Shown piece after piece: positions 58,571 to 64,000 of a stretch of DNA of 64,000 nt. Made by a program: the position numbers and the translations under genes. Under the pieces are notes generated by a model. It did not search any database, had not been told where the DNA came from, and saw nothing but the letters and a program-made list of their open reading frames with translations. This stretch comes from Candidatus Latescibacterota bacterium (GTDB lineage Bacteria > Latescibacterota > UBA2968 > GCA-2709665). Location of the stretch: positions 2,336,001 to 2,400,000 of the forward strand of contig OZ244937.1 of assembly GCA_965222075.1 (NCBI GenBank), in the 5' to 3' direction. Every line of letters starts with the position of its first letter. Position 1 is the first letter of the stretch.

Positions 58571-59383
58571 TTACCCCTCCCCCAGCACCCGATTCAACCG
58601 ATCCGGATAATTCGTAATAACCCCCCCCACCCCCATCTCCACCATCTCCCGCATATCCTCTTCCCGGTCCACCGTCCACACCCAGAATCCCATCGCCCGG
58701 CTCAAAAAGACCTCCACCAGATCCGGCCGCGCCGCCGTGTATTTCAGCGACAGCGCATTCGCCCCCAGCTTCAACACCCGCTTTACCACCCCCGTCTTTC
58801 GGCGCAGGGCCGCTTCACTGCCCGTCATCAAAAACGCCGTTGGAATCCGCCGGTCCAGCCGGTTCACCACACGCACCGCCGTTCCCAGGAAAGACTGGAT
58901 CACCACGTAGGACTGTGCCCTAAAAGAGCGGACCACCGCAACCACGCGTTCTGCGGCCTCTTCGGTCTTTGCCTCCACCAGCAGCAGCGCCCGTTTGTCC
59001 ACCAGGTCCAGCACCTCCTCCAGCGTCGGGATCCGCTCCCCCCGAAACGGGGAACCGAACCAGCTCCCGGCATCCAGCCTCCGGATCTCACCCAGTGTCA
59101 GCATATCCACGGCCCCACTCCCGTCCGTGGTCCGGTCCACCGTCCGGTCGTGAATCGCCACCACGTGTCCGTCCGCCGTTAAGTGGATGTCGGTCTCCAC
59201 CAGATCCACGCCGACTTCAAGGGCCTTCTCCACCGCCGCCAGTGTGTTCTCCGGCCCCAGCCCAGCCCCGCCCCGATGGGCAATGCGCATCACCGGAGGC
59301 AGGGGCCTGGACACCGCCGCCCGCCGCCGCCCGATCCGTTTCGGTTTTCGACTCCGCGCCTTCCGACTCCGCATCGGTTTCAT
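58571..59383 (-). CDS. Glycerophosphodiester phosphodiesterase
   Basis: IAHRG, PENT, ETD, HD, WTV, ITNYP. Start uncertain. Confidence 0.9.
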   Translation of the reverse strand: MKPMRSRKARSRKPKRIGRRRAAVSRPLPPVMRIAHRGGAGLGPENTLAAVEKALEVGVDLVETDIHLTADGHVVAIHDRTVDRTTDGSGAVDMLTLGEIRRLDAGSWFGSPFRGERIPTLEEVLDLVDKRALLLVEAKTEEAAERVVAVVRSFRAQSYVVIQSFLGTAVRVVNRLDRRIPTAFLMTGSEAALRRKTGVVKRVLKLGANALSLKYTAARPDLVEVFLSRAMGFWVWTVDREEDMREMVEMGVGGVITNYPDRLNRVLGEG

Positions 59384-59568
59384 ATTCGGCCAACATGTCT
59401 GAAAAACTGGATTTTGAACGCCACGGACAACCAGGAATGCGCCAAAAATAGACCATCTCCCCCATTTTGTCAAGGACAATACCCCCAAAGCATCCAAACC
59501 GAAAGACCCCTCTCAAACCCACACCTGAAACCTGCAACCCGCTTCGCCTGCCATCCCCAATTTTATCC

Positions 59569-59597
59569 TTGACACCCCCCCCCCCTTATCGTATGTT
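59569..59597 (+). promoter_or_regulatory. tRNA-Asn promoter with a C11 run in the spacer
   Basis: TTGACA-C11TTATCG-TATGTT (17-nt spacer). Confidence 0.6.
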
Positions 59598-59618
59598 TCC
59601 ACATACTGGACCTTATGT

Positions 59619-59694
59619 TCCGGCGTAGCTCAGTCGGCAGAGCAGGTGGCTGTTAACCACTGTGTCGCAGGTTCGAGTCCTGCCGCCGGAGCCA
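59619..59694 (+). tRNA. tRNA-Asn(GTT)
   Basis: TCCGGCG acceptor stem, GGTGG-CTGTTAA-CCACT, GTTCGAGTCC, GCCA end. Confidence 0.96.
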
Positions 59695-59731
59695 ACTATC
59701 CATCGCCAACTTTGGCGATCCATTCGTTAAC

Positions 59732-59770
59732 GCGAGACCCCGAGGGGCGATCCCTTCGGGGTCTTGTCGC
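59732..59770. terminator. Hairpin downstream of tRNA-Asn
   Basis: AGACCCCGAGGGG-CGAT-CCCTTCGGGGTCT inverted repeat. Confidence 0.55.
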
Positions 59771-59852
59771 ATCTGTTCTATTTCCAACTAAAAGAAAAAT
59801 CACCCACCCCCATTCAGGGTTGGGTGATGCACTCGGAGGTTGCGTTGTTTCT

Positions 59853-60155
59853 TCAAACGATGGAAACCACCAGGCTCAAATTTTCTTTTCGAAGCATATC
59901 TTGTAAGGCAAGCTGAACCCAGAAGCTTTCTGGCTCGCCAAGTTTTCTGGCGATTTCTGCTGCCCTGCCGGGGCTTGGAATTCTTCTCTCTTTTTCAATA
60001 TCACAAAGGCTTTGAGGCGAAATGCCCAAAAAAGTAGCAAATTCTCTCTGGTTTTTTTCTTCTCCCATGCGATAGCTTGCCAGGGCATTTCCAAAGGTAA
60101 GATATCCAAAGTCTTTCTCCAATTCAGGAATCCCATATTGTCCTTTAGTACTCAT
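59853..60155 (-). CDS. XRE/HigA-like HTH antitoxin
   Basis: NQREFATFLGISPQSLCDIEKERRIPS..RA; AT-rich compared with the core genes. Confidence 0.75.
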   Translation of the reverse strand: MSTKGQYGIPELEKDFGYLTFGNALASYRMGEEKNQREFATFLGISPQSLCDIEKERRIPSPGRAAEIARKLGEPESFWVQLALQDMLRKENLSLVVSIV

Positions 60156-60171
60156 GTTTATTGATCTCCTG
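60145..60171 (-). pseudogene. 3' remnant of a probable RelE/HigB-type toxin gene
   Basis: QEINKHEY* overlaps the antitoxin start codon. The frame is closed by a stop a few codons upstream. Confidence 0.4.
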
Positions 60172-60560
60172 AAGCGGCTGCTTGGAAAATAGGCTTTATT
60201 TTCATCATTATGGGTGCCCCAAAGGGCGCATGACAACTGCTTAGAAAATAACCTTTCTTTTGCTCTTGGCCTTTTTCTTGTTCGCCCAAGAAAAAGGCCG
60301 AAAAAGAAGGGCGCCTGCCTGCGCGGCGCACCGCGCTGCAGGCAGGCCGCTCAAACGCCGCGGGGGCTGCTTTTCCGCGAATAGCCCCTGTGGTGGAAAC
60401 GGAAACTCCTGTCTGCCGTTCTGCCCTGCGGACCTTTGGGGCGTTGCTGGGCGATGGTGATGGACGGAACCGCGCGGAAAAGCCCACCCCCCTCATTACT
60501 CCCCCCTTGAGGGGGAGTCGGCAAGCCAGGCGCGCCGGTGGGGGGATCGCAGAGGCGACA
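60172..60560. repeat. Cluster of palindromic REP/MITE-like elements
   Basis: Direct repeats CTGCTTGGAAAATA and CTGCTTAGAAAATA; hairpins GCCTGCCTGC..GCAGGCAGGC and CTCCCCCC-TTGA-GGGGGAG; no credible ORF. Confidence 0.5.
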
Positions 60561-60601
60561 GGACTCGTCGGCTGCGGTGACAACACGGCAGCCGGAGGAA
60601 C

Positions 60602-61329
60602 GTTACACGCCAGCCCAAGGCGATGCCCCATAAAGCATGCCCGTAGTCGGCTCTGATCCCTTGGCTGCAGATCAACTCACATGCATTGGAGGTGAGATGA
60701 AAAAGCAATCGGAGGGGCTTTCTCACCGCGGATTGGCTGCGTCCTGTTTCAACAAGACCTGGGACTATCTGGGTAAGTCTGAACTCAGCGCCGAGGAAGC
60801 TGAAGAAATGATCCATGTGGCCCATGCTTCCTTCTGGCATTGGAATCAGGTTGAGGATCACACTCCGCTTAACATTTCTGTTGGGACCTGGCAGCTTTCT
60901 CGGGTTTACACAATGGCAGGACTTCCAGAGCGTGCTGAATACTTCGCACGGAGATGCATTGAAGTGAGTGAGAACAACAATCTGCCACCGTTCTATGTCG
61001 GCTACGGCTACGAGGCGAGTGCACGTGCGAAAGCTTTGCAGGGAGAGAAGCAGGAGGCACAGGATCTGATTGAGAGGGCAAAACGTCTTGCTGATCAAGT
61101 CCAGGAGAAGGATGACCAGCAGACGCTCCTTGACGACTTGAACAGTATTCTGTGATCAGTAAACAGTGACTACTCAACGACTGCAAAGGCGTTGTGATTT
61201 TGCGGACCATTGGTGTCCCCATGACAGGGATTCAGCCACAAATGGGGCCGGCGTGTAACTGCGGACTTGCGTGCCCCACACATCCCTGACCACCCCACAG
61301 GCGTTTCGCGTACGGGGAAATCGTTATGC
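60602..61329 (+). mobile_element. Putative integron-type gene cassette (degenerate attC)
   Basis: GTTACACGCC (60602) is the exact reverse complement of GGCGTGTAAC (61250). The next core site is GTTATGC at 61323, and a single ORF lies inside. Confidence 0.4.
60697..61155 (+). CDS. Hypothetical helical-repeat protein
   Basis: GGAGGTG RBS; FNKTWDYL..EMIHVAHASFWHW..WQLSRVY..YEASARA. Confidence 0.75.
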   Translation: MKKQSEGLSHRGLAASCFNKTWDYLGKSELSAEEAEEMIHVAHASFWHWNQVEDHTPLNISVGTWQLSRVYTMAGLPERAEYFARRCIEVSENNNLPPFYVGYGYEASARAKALQGEKQEAQDLIERAKRLADQVQEKDDQQTLLDDLNSIL

Positions 61330-61385
61330 GGCATTTCCAGTGGCTGAATAGAGTGAGCATTCAGATGACCTTGTGAGGAATCTCG

Positions 61386-61732
61386 ATGATTGTCAAATCT
61401 GAAGCAGCAAAAGAGGCCAGCTTCGAAGGCCTTACGATTCGAGACTATACCCCGGATCACGACCGTAGTTCTTCATTGGCCACAGTCGAGGTGCCTCCCG
61501 GGGTGCAGCACCGAAAAGCACGGTCAACGCGTTCCGACAAATACTACTATGTGATTGAGGGGAAGATACACTTCACTTTGGGTGACGACGAAAACCACCT
61601 TGAAAGGGAGACTTCTGCCTGGTGCCAAAGGGAGTACATTTTGGGTACAGGAATGACACTCAAGTGATGGCGATCTTGTTGCTGTTCCATACCCCCAGCT
61701 TTGATTTATCGGCGGAGGTTTTCGAGGGTTGA
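61386..61732 (+). pseudogene. Cupin-domain gene with a 1-nt frameshift near 61605
   Basis: Motif 1 (YYYVIEG) is in frame 0. Motif 2 (GDFCLVPKGVHFGYRN...PSFD) continues in the -1 frame to TGA 61732. Confidence 0.7.
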
Positions 61733-61793
61733 AATCGTAGGGACGTCCCTTGTGCACGCCCAATACGGCGAAAACGACGCAACCGACCATACC

Positions 61794-63050
61794 TCACAGA
61801 TACAGGCCGATCATGCAGCCGGTGAGCATCGTCGCCAGGGTGCCCCCCAGCAGCGAGCGCAGACCCAGTCGCGCCAGATCGCCGCGGCGGTCGGGTGCGA
61901 TGCCGCCAATACCGCCTATCATAATCGCGACGGAGCCGAAGTTGGCGAATCCGCACATGGCGTACGCCGCAATAACAAAAGCGCGTTGCTGGAGGGGATC
62001 CGGTCCGCCCATGTGCCGCGACAGCTCCACGTACGCGACGAACTCGTTGAGAATCGTCTTCAGGCCCATGAGCTCGCCGACGACCCGGGCTTCGCTCCAC
62101 GACAGACCCATGAGCCAGACGAAGGGACGAAACACCCAGCCGGCGGCCGCCTGCAGGCTCCAGTCGCCCGCGCCGGCGTTGACCATCACCTCCACCCTGC
62201 CGATGACGAGGTTGGCCAGGGCGACGAGGCCGATAAAAGCGACGAGCATGGCGAGGATGTTGATCACCAAATGCATGCCTTCGGCAGCGCCGCGAGCCGC
62301 AGCGTCGAGACCGTTCAGCGTATCGTCGCGCGGAAGTTCCACCTGACGGTGTGAGGTGACAGGCTCACCAGTCTCCGGGATCATGAGTTTGGCCACCGCA
62401 ATCGCCGCCGGGGCGCTGATCAGCGAAGCCGTGAACAGATGGCCGGCGATGTCGGGATGAGCGGAACCCAGAATGGTCGCGTAGATGACCATCACCGTAC
62501 CGGCGATCGTGGCCATGCCGACGGTCATCAGACAGAACAACTCACTCTCGGTCATGCGGCTTACGTAGGGTCTTATCAGCAGCGGGGATTCCGTCATGCC
62601 CAGGAAAACGTTGGCCGCAGATCCCACGCTCTCTGCCGAACTGAGCCCAAGGGACTTCTGCATGGCCAGACTGAGGCGACTGATCACCCAGGGCAGGATG
62701 CGGTAGTGGTAGAGCATGCGCGAAACCGCAGCCACAAAAATCAGGATCGCGGCAATCTCCAGGGCGACGATGGGGCCGTACTGACTCGTGAATTCGGGGT
62801 TCGAAAGTCCCGAGAACAGCAGCGACTCGTTGGCCTTCAGCGCGGTTGCGCGCAGCATCCCCGTCAGGGCGTTGATGACGCCGAAGACGTAATGCCGCAG
62901 TCCCGTTTGAACGAGGAGGCCCGTGAGCAGCAGCTGCAGACCACTGGCGACGGCGACGGTTTTCCACGGGATTCGCCTCGTGCGCGTGCCCACGGACCAG
63001 GCGATGGCCAGGAGCACGACATAGCCGATGGCGCTGTGCAGTATCGTCAT
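61794..63050 (-). CDS. Concentrative nucleoside transporter (CNT/NupC family)
   Basis: ANVFLGMTE, SELF, GMATIAG, ISAPA, NEFVAY, CGFANF. Confidence 0.93.
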   Translation of the reverse strand: MTILHSAIGYVVLLAIAWSVGTRTRRIPWKTVAVASGLQLLLTGLLVQTGLRHYVFGVINALTGMLRATALKANESLLFSGLSNPEFTSQYGPIVALEIAAILIFVAAVSRMLYHYRILPWVISRLSLAMQKSLGLSSAESVGSAANVFLGMTESPLLIRPYVSRMTESELFCLMTVGMATIAGTVMVIYATILGSAHPDIAGHLFTASLISAPAAIAVAKLMIPETGEPVTSHRQVELPRDDTLNGLDAAARGAAEGMHLVINILAMLVAFIGLVALANLVIGRVEVMVNAGAGDWSLQAAAGWVFRPFVWLMGLSWSEARVVGELMGLKTILNEFVAYVELSRHMGGPDPLQQRAFVIAAYAMCGFANFGSVAIMIGGIGGIAPDRRGDLARLGLRSLLGGTLATMLTGCMIGLYL

Positions 63051-63460
63051 GGCTCGTTTCCTCTTTCGAAATCGACCGGCCAGTGGCCAGCAACGCGATA
63101 GGCCTCGTCTTCGCCCGGCCAGGGCGGCATCGTGACGATCACGAAGCGCAACGGCCGATCTCCGATGGTCCTGAATTGGAAGTGCGCGCCGGTAGGAATC
63201 GACAGACTCCCGCCCGGAGCCACATCCACGACCCGCTCCTCGTCACCGTGTCGCCGCCACATTTGGCCTGTGCCCTCAAGACAGTACCAGAGCTCTTCGA
63301 CGGTCCTGTGCGCAACGGGCACGGACACCTCTCCCGGATTCAGTGCGCAGTGGACCATGCTCCCGCGGCGCGTCTCAGACAGCAACCGGATCTCCGAGCC
63401 ATCCGGTGCGAGCACGTCACAATCCCTGGCAAGCTGTTTGTAGTCCAGGACCTGGCCCAT
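63047..63460 (-). CDS. Cupin domain protein
   Basis: APDGSEIR, HRTVEELWY, IPTGAHFQFR, MPPWPG. Confidence 0.85.
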   Translation of the reverse strand: MGQVLDYKQLARDCDVLAPDGSEIRLLSETRRGSMVHCALNPGEVSVPVAHRTVEELWYCLEGTGQMWRRHGDEERVVDVAPGGSLSIPTGAHFQFRTIGDRPLRFVIVTMPPWPGEDEAYRVAGHWPVDFERGNEP

Positions 63461-63528
63461 CTCTTAAGGCCTATTACCCGACCGTGAAAGAATACGTCTA
63501 CGGTATTTCCCTCTGGAGCTCACCTCTT

Positions 63529-63816
63529 CTACACCAAAGACAGCCGCTCGACCTTGATTCGGTCGGCTTGTTTCATCGCCTGCGCCAGGTCGTAGGCCGC
63601 CTGTAACCGGTACCACCTGGTCGCGCCCCTGCCGAAGGCCTTGTCGAGGCGGATCGCCATCTCCGGCGAGATCCCCGAATGGCCATTCACAACATCGGAC
63701 AACTGCTTGCGGCTGACGCCAAGCTTCTGTGCGGCTTCCGTCACGGTGAGGCCCAGCGGCTCCAGGCAGTCGTGACGGACGGACAGGCCCGGATGGGGCG
63801 GGTTCTTCATCGGCAT
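63529..63816 (-). CDS. higA: HigA family addiction-module antitoxin
   Basis: [36 protein letters not shown]; GAAGGA RBS before ATG 63816. Confidence 0.9.
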   Translation of the reverse strand: MPMKNPPHPGLSVRHDCLEPLGLTVTEAAQKLGVSRKQLSDVVNGHSGISPEMAIRLDKAFGRGATRWYRLQAAYDLAQAMKQADRIKVERLSLV

Positions 63817-64000
63817 ATCACGATCCTTCCTTCGGTGTAACCTGTCACCTCTCAGGTTACAATTTTTCCCACACCTTCTCACCCCATGCGCGATTTTCTC
63901 GGCAGTCTCACGACCTTCGATAATTCCTTGTGATCAGACAGAACGCCCGGTCGACGAAACGGAATGACGCATGCCTGACGGATCCGCGTGGGTTCGGGCA

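Noticed and set aside
60158-60656. ORFs across the palindromic repeat cluster
   Set aside because: They are translations of repeat DNA with no RBS or domain signal.

Overview
A GC-rich bacterial chromosomal window from a diderm organism (two Omp85-like genes). The gene content resembles FCB-group lineages such as Latescibacterota, but taxonomy cannot be fixed from this window. (1) 4.3-18.6 kb holds the most unusual locus: a TPR gene followed by a tandemly duplicated two-gene module. Each module pairs a ~665-aa OPT-like polytopic membrane protein (DUF6785/DUF6784-like) with a ~1,510-aa protein that fuses a PA/M28-peptidase-like ectodomain with altered metal ligands to a MacB/FtsX permease. No ABC ATPase lies nearby, and the two large genes share a ~1 kb near-identical tract. 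(2) 18.7-33.4 kb is metabolic: a SpeD-SpeE fusion, queuosine salvage hydrolase, aldolases, 2-phosphoglycerate-kinase-like protein, dehydrogenases and LutBC. (3) 33.7-39.8 kb is an Omp85-DUF4390-NtrY-NtrX-barrel operon preceded by a sigma54-type promoter. (4) 39.8-59.4 kb is a minus-strand core block: ahcY, metK, ptsI/ptsH, GGGP synthase, alaS, recX, recA, thpR, pgpA, pgsA, recR, ybaB, dnaX, a large Alu-type SRP RNA, three tRNAs, tadA, and an RpiB-like protein with a microcompartment-type encapsulation peptide. (5) After tRNA-Asn lies an accessory region with two orphan antitoxins, a toxin remnant, integron-cassette-like signals, a frameshifted cupin and a NupC transporter. All family calls come from motif recognition by eye; no searches were run.
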